Assembly: GCA_022813865.1 (NCBI GenBank)
Contig: JALDZX010000020.1
Coordinates: 62,001 to 126,000, forward strand
Source of the DNA: Xylographa opegraphella
Taxonomy: Eukaryota
Direction: 5' to 3'
Length of the DNA stretch: 64,000 nt
A program made the position numbers and the translations under genes. The notes beneath the pieces are model-generated. The model was not told the origin of the DNA, searched no databases, and saw only the letters and a program-made list of their open reading frames with translations. Every line of letters begins with the position of its first letter. Within the stretch, counting starts at the first letter, position 1. This document shows, in pieces, positions 12,894-24,422 of this stretch.

Positions 12894-15515
12894 TCGGTGG
12901 GTGGGGGGGGGGATGGGATGGCGAGATTTTTTTAGGGGCGCAGATCTTTTGATAGTACCTTAAGCTTTTGTTTCATCGATGGGACAAGGTAGTCTCGGTT
13001 TCAGAAAATGGATCGTTGTTTAAGATACTGAGAAGGGCGCGCAGGAAGGTCGTTGAGCGTGGTCCCTTGGTAGGTTATCGATAACCCGCAAGGTAATGCA
13101 CGCGTGAGTCATATTCCAACCCCACATCGCCACGCCAGCACGCGTCCCGGATTAGCGTGTGCTATGTATGTAGCAGTAAGGTAAAGGTAGTCTACCTTGG
13201 ACTGAAAGAATCCGTTTCAGTAAACTGCAGCGCGACGTGGCGGCCGTGATGGGTCCGAGTACGGTAGGTAGGTAGGTGTTCTTTATACCTGCAATGCGAT
13301 TATTGGGGGGAGGATCAGGGTTAGCTAGGCGACTTTTAGCGGTCGGGATCCTTGCGCAGCTGAAGGGGCGGGGGAGGGGGGAGAAGGGACGGGAACGGGT
13401 GCCGCGTAGGGAGGTATCGTGTCGCGTCTGTATGGATCTACTGTGTAGGTACGGAGTATCGCGATTATGGAATTGGGGGGGGGGAGATGGGGACGCGGTT
13501 TTGGAGTCGTGGTTGTCGGGACTGCTGGTGGCGATGTTTCAATTGAGGGGGAGTCTGTATGTAAAGTAAGGTAGTCACGTGTGTGGCTATGTAAGGACTT
13601 CCGGTGCCCGCTATCACGATTATCGACAATACTTCGGATCGGGTTTCTCCTCGACGCTGCTGAGCCACAGCAGCGGGCCAACAAAAAGCGTCGGAGGGAG
13701 CCGAGACGCCACTCGCGGACTCAGCCTCGGCGCTAGAAGGAGGGATGACGCATGATGGAAAAAGGGAAAATGTATTGTTAGAACGGCGAAAGAAATCGCC
13801 CACCGACGAAGGTACCAGGCGTTGCCCCCGTCGAGTTGCATCATGTGCGCAAGACGGAGTACCTTAGCCAGACCCGATCTCGTGCCCCTTCGGTCTGCGC
13901 GCGGGCGCGTACTGCGACAAGCACTATGGAGCGGACCTTTCAGACCCGTCACATGATCTGAATACCACACCTTTAGGATCCGAGGGCCGGGTTCATCCAG
14001 CTCGGGCCAATCAGCGGACGCGGCAGGGATGGCGACGGAAGCTCATCTGAACGACGCACTTGCCCGGCAGCGAATGCTTTTGCAGAAGGCCTCCAAGTGC
14101 GGCCGACCCACTCGCTAGAGGCGGGAGGGGGACGGTGCTGAGAGGGCATCGACTGGTCATGGACGCATCATCGCTGCCAAGTGGCACTTCCCGACTCCGC
14201 ATGGGCTGGACGAGCAGGAGAGGGGAGGGGAGGGTCTGTGGGAAGTATGGAAGGATTGGAGTGGATGGCGGGATGGGGGCAGAGCGCCGGGTTTGACCAA
14301 CGACTTTGACACGGCTAGGGAGGAAAGTTGAAGCTGTCAAGCCTTTTGCTTTTGGCGCCGTCTGATGTCGCCGTTGAGGAGGGGGCAGTTGGAGGAAGAC
14401 AGGTCGCTGGATGCGTACGAGGTGAAAGACGTTGTGAGACGGGGGCCGCGTTGACGTATCGGGTCACATGCTCCCACTTCAGGTACAAGGCAATATCCGC
14501 GCTTGACATGGCCATGTATTCGCCGACTGGTAGAAGGCAGGACGACTCCAGCACATCTGGACCTGTCGCATCTGGCACGCTCCCCCTCAGATTGCAGCAC
14601 CCGCTTTCTATTCCAAGCTCTCCACCTCGATCGGGCTCGCTAGTGGAGATCCACGACCACGATACCCGGGACGGTGGACACGGTACGAAGTAGTCTCGGA
14701 GACGATGGATCTGCTGCTGTCGCTGTGGGTGGTCGACAGGTCCCAATATCTCGGAGCAGTGATTTCACCGCATTCACGAACCGGACGAGCGCTGCTCCCA
14801 GAGACTTCGTCCTAGCTACCTAGTCTGATCGGCAGCGACGCGAAGGAGGACTAAGATTTTCCCACGGCTTTGTTTTTCTGGGAGAGACGGCTATACCTTC
14901 TAGCTGCATGACAAGTGCCAGCCGTGGCATGGGCTGCACGCCGCCCTCGCGCGCACTTGAGGCCTTTTTCTTTTTTCGTGTCTCCCTTTGCCGAAACCCC
15001 CAGTCTACGGCCGGAGTCAGCGCGACGAGAAACATTCGGACCGGGGGGGTTGGCCTTTGTTCGTTTTGGCCGCGCACTGCATGTGGCCACCACCCCGGTC
15101 AGGACGTGCAGAAACGAGGGGCGCAGGAATTGAATGGGGGTTTTTTTGGGGCAGTCGGAATGCCCAGATGAGGTGTTTTGTTTGCTTGCTTTACGAAGTG
15201 GTTGGTGTCGGTGGACTGCTGTATGTACCTTAGGTGGACGCGAAGGGCTAAGTTAAGCAAGACGGTAAGGTAGACATCATGGGGACGCCGGCTTTGCCAG
15301 TTGAGGCACTTTTCACTTTTCGCTATGCCCTGCCTCTATCCAGTTCTCGTTAACGGACAGGCTTTTTCGCCATCAAACCTGACTTTATTCTCGCTGAGCG
15401 CCGAACAGCCTGCGCTGCTGATCCCTCACATAAGACAAAATGCATGCCCCGATCCCCCCCGTTGTTCTAGCACCCAACTTCGCCCTCGCTGAACCTTTTT
15501 CTACCCCTCTTACCC

Positions 15516-15535
15516 NNNNNNNNNNNNNNNNNNNN
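15516..15535. other. Assembly gap (20 N) flanked by C-runs
   Basis: Run of N in the sequence. Confidence 1.
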
Positions 15536-15850
15536 CCCCCCGCCCACACATTTCTCACCGTGCGTAGTGTGGCTCATTATTGCTCTCCTCCTCTACTTGC
15601 ACGCCTCTCATCGCTTACTTCTTCATTTTCTCCAACCCCGTCATCCTTCTTCCTCCTCCACCTCCACCTCCACCTCCACCTCTCCCCCAAAGGCGCGCAT
15701 CTTCATTCCCTCGTCTTGGGACCGCCGATACATATCTTTTCTAATTCTTTCACTTTCCTTTCTTCTCATCTTCTTTTCTTTCCTGCTGTCCTGAGTTGAC
15801 TTCATGACCGGTCGCACATAAAACTTTCAAATCCTGGGAACGCCTTCGTC

Positions 15851-16903
15851 ATGCCCATCACCTTGTTGCCCGCTTCGGCAGCCGCTTTTGCGCCACGAGC
15901 ATCACCCAACATCGTTCTCAACACCAAGGTCGATCCCTGGTTGACGGCGACGTTGAAGAGGATAAACCGCATCAAGCGACCATTGAACAGCGTGCCTCAG
16001 CACTTCCGATGTCTGACCGAGACCCTGTCGGCACCCACCGCCATCTGGACCTTGTGCTCCATCATGTTGCCCAAGGCGCCCGACTCCGAGTTACGCAAGG
16101 ACGAGAACCCTCTGATCGAAGCCCTGTTCAACTACCAGCTCATCCACGTCGAGGCCTACGTCGTCCACGTCGATATGGTTTCCCAAAACGAAGTCGCTTT
16201 CAAGCTCACGCCGGAAACGATAGAGTCGTTGGTCGAGTATCACAAGGACATCTACTCCGTCGACACGTCCGCCAGCACCTGGAACTGGTCCGAGAAGGAG
16301 GTGCAACTGAAGAAATTGCAGGAGGACTTTGTCCAGGCGGCCAATAAGTTCGTCTACCGGACGAACGCAATCGCTCTGGAAGGCTTGGAGGAGGATGGCG
16401 CGGGTGAGCTGCTGTCGGGAGGGAGCGAGGAGGTCAAATCCGCCATCATGGGTCTGTTCTTGCCCCTTCTACCTCCCCCACCAAGGGTGGTGGAAGTCGT
16501 ACGACCGGCTCCGATCCTGCCCAGCTCTACCGGGTCAGAGAACTGGTGGCAACCGTCGTTGTCGCAAGTGGCACCGGCCGATTCCTGGAGGGTGATACCG
16601 TCGAGTCCGAGCACGACGTCCTCGGTGGATTCCAATGCGAACATGTGGGCGAACATGAGCCTGAGTGAGCTCCAGCTCCCGTCGCCGGCACCTTCGTACA
16701 GCCTGCCGTACAGCCAACCGTACTGCACGTCGAGCTACAGTGCTCCCATGTACTATAGCTCGCCGATGACGTGCGCATCCTTGATGCCATCGTTACCGTT
16801 GCCCAGCATGCTCGCACAGCAGTGCAGCACGAGCCTCGGCTTTGGTGGCTTCGGCTGGGATCGATACCAGGAGTACACCACGCAGTTCGCCACCACCATG
16901 TAA
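15851..16903 (+). CDS. Conserved fungal hypothetical protein (350 aa, intronless; globular N-terminus, Ser/Pro-rich C-terminus)
   Basis: Long ORF with coding-like codon usage after a pyrimidine-rich leader; the N-terminus MPITLLPASAAAFAPR..DPWLTATLKRINRIKRPLNSV resembles a Pezizomycotina protein of unknown function, from recall. Confidence 0.8.
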   Translation: MPITLLPASAAAFAPRASPNIVLNTKVDPWLTATLKRINRIKRPLNSVPQHFRCLTETLSAPTAIWTLCSIMLPKAPDSELRKDENPLIEALFNYQLIHVEAYVVHVDMVSQNEVAFKLTPETIESLVEYHKDIYSVDTSASTWNWSEKEVQLKKLQEDFVQAANKFVYRTNAIALEGLEEDGAGELLSGGSEEVKSAIMGLFLPLLPPPPRVVEVVRPAPILPSSTGSENWWQPSLSQVAPADSWRVIPSSPSTTSSVDSNANMWANMSLSELQLPSPAPSYSLPYSQPYCTSSYSAPMYYSSPMTCASLMPSLPLPSMLAQQCSTSLGFGGFGWDRYQEYTTQFATTM

Positions 16904-17699
16904 ATACAGCCTCTGCGACAACGGTCCGCTCTCCTCCAGCATCCTCCACCCGCAGTACAGTACCTCGATCAACTTCCTTCATCAACCTCTTCCGCACCGA
17001 GTCTCCCATTGCGCTCGATACCCCCATCCACTTCCGGCGGCGTTTACGAAATATCATGCGACACGGATCAGAGCCGGCTTTCTCTCCCATCTTTTGCTTC
17101 CTTTGTACTCTTTAGCGAGCGTTGCCGTTTTTTTTCTCTTACTCTTGTTTTTCCACTGCATTGCGACAACCCGGCTGGGGCTATTGGGAAACGGTCTTTT
17201 CTTTGGCTTTTCCAACACTACAACTATACACACACACAGTCCGCCGAATCGCAGGGAGGTTTCGCATGTGCTGCATATATCTGAAGACAGGCGGCGGCCT
17301 CACGGCCAACGGGAGCGGGTTCTTTTCCACACGTCTCTAATCCACCACTACCACCACGAACGAACCGGCTTTCGTTCGTTTTTTCTGTTCTTCGCCAACC
17401 TGCTCCGTCGTCACCGCCATCAGCGGAGGTATCCTGCTCCCCGCTCTCACGCTCCCCCAGAACCTTCTGGGCGGCTAGTCCCCCGGGCCACTCTGTGCGA
17501 GTGCAGCGGACGCTTTGTGCCTCCCGCTCGGCTTCCCTTCCCCCCCCAGATCGCATGCGAGCTGGCTAGCGTGGGGAAGGGGGCCATGACGACGACGACA
17601 GCGAGGCTCGCACACCGCGCAGCAACCGGCTTGCTGCCGGTACGCGCTCCTCACCTCACGGACACCACCACTACCACCACCACCGTGAACCGGTATCAC

Positions 17700-17724
17700 G
17701 GACGGACGGACGGACGGACGGACG
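17700..17724. repeat. (GACG)n microsatellite
   Basis: gacggacggacggacggacggacgg. Confidence 0.85.
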
Positions 17725-18103
17725 GGTTGCGCACTCCGCCAGCGGCGGGGGCGCGCCCGGGGAGGGAGACCGGGTTGTCTGCCCTTCCTCGCTGCGCGGG
17801 TCGGGATTCAGGGGGGTACGGTGGTGAAGGGGAGGGGAGGAGGGGTTGCATAGTCTCATCCCGCTATGTCGCGCTGGCCTGGGGCTGGGTTGCGAGCTTT
17901 TCTTCCTGCAGGGTCGGGAGGGGAGGGGAGGGGATGCTGGATGCTGGATGTTGGATGTGGAGGGGCTGTATGTAAAATCTAATGGAGATGTTGAGATTGG
18001 TGTTTGTGGTTGTGGGGTGTGCTGTGCTGTGCTGTGCGGTGATACTTTGGGCGCGCCGATCCTTCATCTACACCCTTGCCGTAACGCCACATCCCCGCGC
18101 GTC

Positions 18104-18160
18104 TCTCTCCCTCCCTCCCTCCTTCCTTCCCTCCCTCCCTCCTTCCTTCCCTCCCTCCCC
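18104..18160. repeat. (CCTC/CCTT)n pyrimidine microsatellite
   Basis: ctctctccctccctccctccttccttccctccctccct... Confidence 0.85.
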
Positions 18161-19445
18161 GCTTTTTCATGCTTCTTGCGCTTGTGCTCAGGAACGAAGC
18201 CCACGCTTGTGTGCGCGCATCCCTCGCTCTCTTTCTTTTCTTTTATCCTCAACGTGCACTTCCGCCCTATCTCCACCGCTCCGCCAAACACCTCGCGTCT
18301 CCTGTTGTCGAACATTGCGCTTTTCGGCTTCCGGCGCTCTCGGGCTCTTTTGTTGGGTGTGGGGGCTGAGGGGTGTGAGGCGGGTGTGGGGGATGATGGG
18401 AAGGGTAGGGTAGATAAACCTGCTGGACCTTGACTGGCAGGGCTTTTATGAAATCTTTTAAGAGCGGTGGTTATGTTTGTGTTTGGGGGTTTGGGACGAG
18501 GAATCAGGGGTTTGGGGATTTGAGGTATGGGTTTTATAGAGAGAAGGGTGGATGGAATATGGGAGGGGAGGGGGAGGGATTGGATTGTGGGATTCGTTCG
18601 AGTGCGGGCTTTGGGATAGTTGGGATGGGAGAGTGTGGCGTATCGCTGTGGGAAAGGACACTTTCAGGATCTTTCTTTACAGGGGGGAAAGGGGGGGGTT
18701 ATATTCAGATTCGGAGGGTGAGTTGCTGCTTAACGTCCTCTTTTATCCTAGGCGAGCTTCGTATGTATGAAGTCTACATACTGCGTAGGAAGTGCCGTAG
18801 GTCAAAGTGGTCCGTGCGTGGTCTCTAGGCGATGCACTTCGTCGCCCCTTCTGCTGTTGATACCTCCGTATGTGGTGGCAGGCAATAACAATGCCCTCCA
18901 AGTCCTCTGAGCACCCTAAGCAGATGGCACTTTGAGCTTTTCGTGAAACGCCTTTTGCAGGTATGGAACTTTTTTTCTTGAAGGAGCGCTTCAAGTGGCG
19001 CCTTCAACGGCAGGAGCTCCAAACTGCTATGGCCTGAAAGCTCTCCACAAGTGGGTGTCTACGCCCATATCAAAAACTACGGTACAGTCTCACCAGTTAC
19101 TCCTCTGCACGGTCTTCTCAATCAACACACTTCTCAGCATGTCAGCTCCAAAACCAGCGCAGCGCAACCCCCGAGCGCATCCCGACTAAAAAAATGCATC
19201 ACGTGCGCCATTCACGCGTTAACCGCAAACCAGCCTAGCGCACCTCGACTCATATTTCCTCCTCGGATGCGAAGTCACAACACATCAACAATTACACGTC
19301 CACCGCTTCTCGCATCTCCACAAACAAAGTTGCCGTGCCACACCCTCAACCCTCATCCATCACTGCGCAAACATCTCTCAACATCGACACGCGCGTCTTT
19401 TACCGGATCGCCATCTCTTCGCAAGCATAACCCAGCATCCTCGAC

Positions 19446-20272
19446 ATGGCTGGTGGGAAAGGAAAATCAACCGGTGGCAAGGCGGGGCCGAAGGAGGTCG
19501 CTGGCAAGAGTCAGAAGTCGCATAGTGCGAAGGCTGGACTACAGGTGAGGATGCCTTTTCTTGTCGTGGATTTTCCGGGCGAGGGCCTGGTGAACGGTGG
19601 TGGCAGTTGAGATTCCGGTGACGGCGCGTCGACGGTTTTGCGAGCACGACAACTTTGCCAGAGCTTCCTTCTTTGAGGTCTATGGCGACAGTGGCTCTAT
19701 CGTACCTCGCATCGAAGAAACATTCACGGAACAACGCCCCGCTCGGATTCACGTGGCCCCGGCGCGTCCGACAGACTCGTCCATCTCACTTCGAGATCTG
19801 CTGCCTGGCATCCAAACCGCAATACAGAATACTAATCCGTGAGATCTAGTTCCCTTGCGGACGTGTCAAGCGCTTCCTCAAAAACAACACCCAAAATAAA
19901 ATGCGCGTCGGAGCAAAAGGTACATCCCTCCCTCCTTCCCTCCAACCCCCCCTTCACCCTCTCCCATCCTCCACGCCCCCCCTCCCAAAAAGCCAACCAA
20001 GCTAACTCCCATCCCCTCCCCACCCAGCCGCCGTCTATGTCACCGCCGTACTCGAGTACCTCACGGCCGAAGTGCTCGAACTGGCCGGCAACGCGGCCAA
20101 GGACCTCAAAGTCAAGCGCATCACGCCCCGCCACCTGCAGCTCGCCATCCGCGGCGACGAGGAGCTCGACACTCTGATCCGCGCGACCATCGCCTTCGGC
20201 GGCGTGCTGCCGCACATCAACCGCGCGCTGCTGCTGAAGGTGGAGCAGAAGAAGAAGGGCAAGGAGGTGTAG
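19446..20272 (+). CDS. HTZ1: Histone H2A.Z (introns 19545-19849, 19920-20027)
   Basis: [109 protein letters not shown]. Confidence 0.98.
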
Positions 20273-20840
20273 ATTGAGTGAGAGGGGGGAAGTGGGGGAG
20301 TCGCTGGTGGGCCTAGGCAGCGTGGTTTGCCTCGATTCGGGTGTTTTTATCATGTGCTGTTTTGTCTTTTGTCTAGCTTTTTTCCAAGAATGGGTCTTCT
20401 CGTTTTTATCAATCAGAGAGACGGAGGGCTTTTCTGTGGATGTGGGATGGAGATGATGCGTGCTGTTTTACAGTATTACACGTATCCATTTTCATACGTA
20501 CATGCACACGAGTGAGGCGCACGGCCGGGCAGGATATGCTCTCACAGGCATCGTGGGGGGGGAGGGGGATGGTCTGTTTCTTGCACCTGCGCAAGAAGCG
20601 GTATCCATGAAACCCATATCCATCCTCTCCCCTCCCCCCCTCCCCCAATACTTGAAACAGATTTCTAAAATTCCCCTACCCACAAAGACCCTACCTCCTT
20701 CCCGGCTCTTTACCCCCCCCTTTCGCGCTCCATAACCCTCCCTTGGACGAAGAATTCCTAGCTGGCCCGTCTGAGCCAGGTAGCTAGTCCCTACGCCAGA
20801 GGCTCTCCGGTACGAAGTGAGGAAACGCCGGCTCTCGCGC

Positions 20841-21130
20841 GTGGGGGCGGGCGGCCGGGGTGGGGTGGGGTGGGGGTGGGGTGGTGTTGGTGTTGGGGGT
20901 TGGGGGTCTTTACGGTTTTATGTGTGGAGGGGGGGCAGGGTTGGGAAGGAGCGGAGATGAATTTCGCGGGGGGAGGTGGAAGGGGGGAGGTTGTGGGGGG
21001 TGTGGAAGTGGGTGTGGGGAAGTGGGTGAGAGATGGGAGGGTGGAGATTGGGAAGGGGGGAAGAGGTGTGCACGTGGGGGGTGCGTGAGGAGGGGAGGGG
21101 TGCGTGAGGAGAGGAGAGGAGGGACGAGTT
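20841..21130 (+). repeat. G-rich low-complexity tract with many G3+ runs
   Basis: gggtggggtgggtgggggtggg etc.; strong G/C strand skew. Confidence 0.75.
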
Positions 21131-22484
21131 GCGGGTGTGTGGGATGCAGGGAATGGGGACTGGGGTGGACGGAAGTGAGGCGCGTGGGGATAGCAAGAAG
21201 GGGTTTAGGAGATGGGCCGTTGAAATGGCGAGCGCGGGTTTGGAGGGGTGGAGGTTGTGAAGGACTGGGCGGTGGGTGTGATGGAAGTGAGGGAACGGCG
21301 ACCCACGAGGGCGGGAGTCAGCGGCCGTCGAAGTGGAAGGACGAGTGCGGGTTTTTGGGAGAAGGGTAGGGATGATATACTAAGAGGTAGGGATGATAAA
21401 AGTGACGGGACAAATTGGAAATCATGAGCGCGGGTTTGGCGGGTGGAGGTGATAAGGGTAAAGGTAGGGAAAATAAAAGTGATGGAATGGGAATGAAGGA
21501 TGATACAAATACGCGGCCTTTGGCTCATTAGCGCCGTTTTAGAGCGGTGGAAGCGATGGAGACTGAGATGAGAAGAATAGGAACAAGGGCATAACAACGA
21601 AAAAAGGCGCAAGTCAGCGGCGGTCGGAGTACGAGCGCGATTTGGGAGCTGATGCGTTCGCCGACTACAAGGACACCGGGAGTGAGAAAAAACCAGCGGA
21701 TATGACCCGCGACAGCGGAACGAATATTATTGAGTGCTATATGCAGGACGCAGCGTCAAACAAATGTGATATTATTAGCTAAGGAGTATTAGTGCAAAGC
21801 AGTACTTGACAATGTGTGATCCGCAGGTAAAAGAACAAGTATGTGACACTTTGGACATGAAGTGGTAGGGTTCAAATCGGTAGCCCAACTTCGACGTGTA
21901 GCCAATCTCGCAGCGCATAGCCCTGTTGGCGCAGATACCCCAAGCCAGGACCAATAGCCAAGCAGGAGTGAGTAGCCCAGCCGGAGCAGACGGTCAAGTT
22001 CGACAAATTTAGCCAATTACCCAGATCGCAAAGCCGGAAGCAAATGGCCGAACCAAAGAGCAAAAAAAAGCCTCGAAAGTGTATGAGACTTGAGTATGAC
22101 ACACGAGTGAGTGATGGTACAGAAGACGGCCGTCAAAAAATCCGTCCTTCCCAGGTTTAACCGTAGTCAACGACAGGTGTATCCATCAAGGCTATGTGAA
22201 CATCTTCCAGCGTATCGCCGTTGTGTATCCGTCCAAGTCTTGAAAATGTTAACAGGCGTGACACCAAATGCGTCCAGGAAAATCAAAGAGACAATATCAA
22301 ACAGGTAATTAGGTAGGTAGTATGGTTCAGATATGGAAAAGTACCCAAGGTGCAATGAACCAGGCATGCAGATGGGTAGCCCCGGGGTAGTGTTCTAATG
22401 GTCGTATCGTCATCGGTCGTCGTCAGGTCATGCTTCCTATTCCGCTTGAACTCCACCTCATGTCCTTCGTTTGACTGAAAAGTC

Positions 22485-24422
22485 TTACTCCACGATGATT
22501 TCCACACTCGAGGACTGCCTCAACTCATCGCTGCCACGAGACTGGTGGGTCCCATTCTGTCGGCCCCTGGAGAAACCAGGCCCGCGCTCCATGACAGGTC
22601 CTCGAGGCTGTCTGGTGGGTATATTTTGGCTACGGTCCCTGGACTGATCATCATACGTGTTCATGCTGAAGTTTCTGTTGCTTCCAATAGGCCCGGTCGG
22701 TGGACCTTGGCTATCTTGCTCCCAAGAAAACATGCCGCGAAGCCGACGAGGGCTTCCTCCGTTTGGCCCCAGGTTGCCACCTAGCGACATGCTCCCCAAC
22801 CCGTTGGCGAGTAAATTTTCGTCACGATGCTGCTGACCAAGAGCGGTGCCAGATGCAGTAGGCGTGAGGGTGGGCGTGTTTGATGCGATACTCCCAGGGC
22901 CATATTCTTGGAACCTGGCAATGTTGGACTGCAGAGCGGCTGGAAAACTGGCGGACGAAGGCACAGGCGATGGGGTGTACGATCGTAAATCTGCAAAGGA
23001 CTTTGCGGCACGGAGATTCTGCTGAGCGCCGAAGCCGTTGGGTGAGTCGGGGATTCCGAGGAAGCCAGTGGATTGTTGACCTCGAAGAGTGTTGAAGATA
23101 CCCAGGTCCGATGCTCGAGCTTCACTGAAGTCAGTCGTCGCAGACCTGTTCAAACTGCGTCGAGAAGCATCTCCCTGTAGTGTAGAGCCCTGAAGGATGG
23201 GCGGACTGATGTTGCTTCCAGGTAAGGCTCGGAAAACATGCACCTGTCGTTGCTCTCCGCTACCACGGGAAACGTGGGCCAATTGCAGTAAATGAGCCAA
23301 GGTGTGGATAATTCTGCGCTGCGATGGTGCCAAGCTGGATGGGAAGATCAAAGCCTCTCTGCCGACGTCGGCCTTGAAGAATAGTAGCTCATTGTAGAAT
23401 TCTCTTGTTTCGGGATCATGAAGATCGTACTCTGCAGTGCACGATTAGATGATAAGCTTGACCCGTTCGAAAATAGTTACATACCAGGCTTAGTGTTGCG
23501 GGACGAAACTGGAGAAGGTGAAGCAGCAGGAATGTGGGAAGACATTGAAGACATTGACTGTTGATTGTGAAGTCCCGTATTTGCCATGGGGCGGTGTTGC
23601 TCCTCAAGTTGACCCCGACGCTCTCTTTTCTCTCGTTCGATGCGCTCTCGCTCCTGCAGGGGCAACATCTTTTTGTACTCTACTCGCAACTTTCGGCCTT
23701 GAAGTTCGAAGTGGTTCAGATGATCAATGACGACTGCAGTTTCATCAGCAGACGTGAAATTAGCAAAAGCAAGACCGCGGAAGACGCCATTATCAAAATG
23801 ATAATTAAAAGCGTAAGGAAGAGGTAAGTTCATCTGGGTCATGATGTCCACTAGTTGTTCCTTTTTTACTGCGAAAGGAATATTTTTTATAACGATCGCT
23901 GTCGGGATCAGTTCTTCATCCGGCTCGGGCCCAAAAGTATCCTGCCGATGCTGCAGTCCCGCCAATTGCGAGTGGCCGAGCCCGCCAAAGGTGTTTAAGT
24001 TGGGTAATGCAGGCACAGGGGGCACTTGAGGGTCCAGCCACGTCTGGTATGTGTTAGCATCAAGCTATGTATGTGAATATGAAACGAAGAGACCGTACAT
24101 TGGGGATCGCGGTTCGTTGGCGGGAGGTGGCTTTCAGCCTCCCTGTGGTCCCGAAGGAATTGAACGTCTGACCGCCTCCAAAGGCACCCGGATTCCAGCT
24201 TTGAGCTCCCGAGTGATCATATGCATAGCCGCCGTTCTGTAGCGACGCATTCATTCTATCGAATCTGTTCATTTCGTATCTCGGAGCATGCTCGACGGAA
24301 GGGTACATTGGTGGCGGCATGTCGCCATAGGCATCAAATTGACGCGAAGGCTGACGGTGCAGGGTCTGCTGTTGATGACGCTGGGCGCCCGGAGATCGAG
24401 AGGTGGGTTGGTCGTAATACAT
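22485..24422 (-). CDS. PIN4: RRM + R3H RNA-binding protein (Pin4/Cip2 type); introns 24044-24098, 23432-23484; in-frame upstream ATG at 24545 also possible
   Basis: IPTAIVIKNIPFAVKKEQL..LPLPYAFNYHFDNGVFRGLAFANF..GRKLRVEYKKMLP (RRM); FPSSLAPSQRRIIHTLAH.LQL.HVSRG (R3H). Confidence 0.9.

Noticed and set aside
16842..17975. 377-aa ORF overlapping the end of the 15851 gene
   Set aside because: Runs through microsatellites and T-rich 3'-UTR-like sequence; no protein-like composition; GC-rich DNA yields long spurious frames
20760..20840. Hammerhead ribozyme, RNase P/MRP or telomerase RNA candidate
   Set aside because: Lacks the CUGANGA core, the full conserved RNase P/MRP regions and a TAACCCTAA-type template
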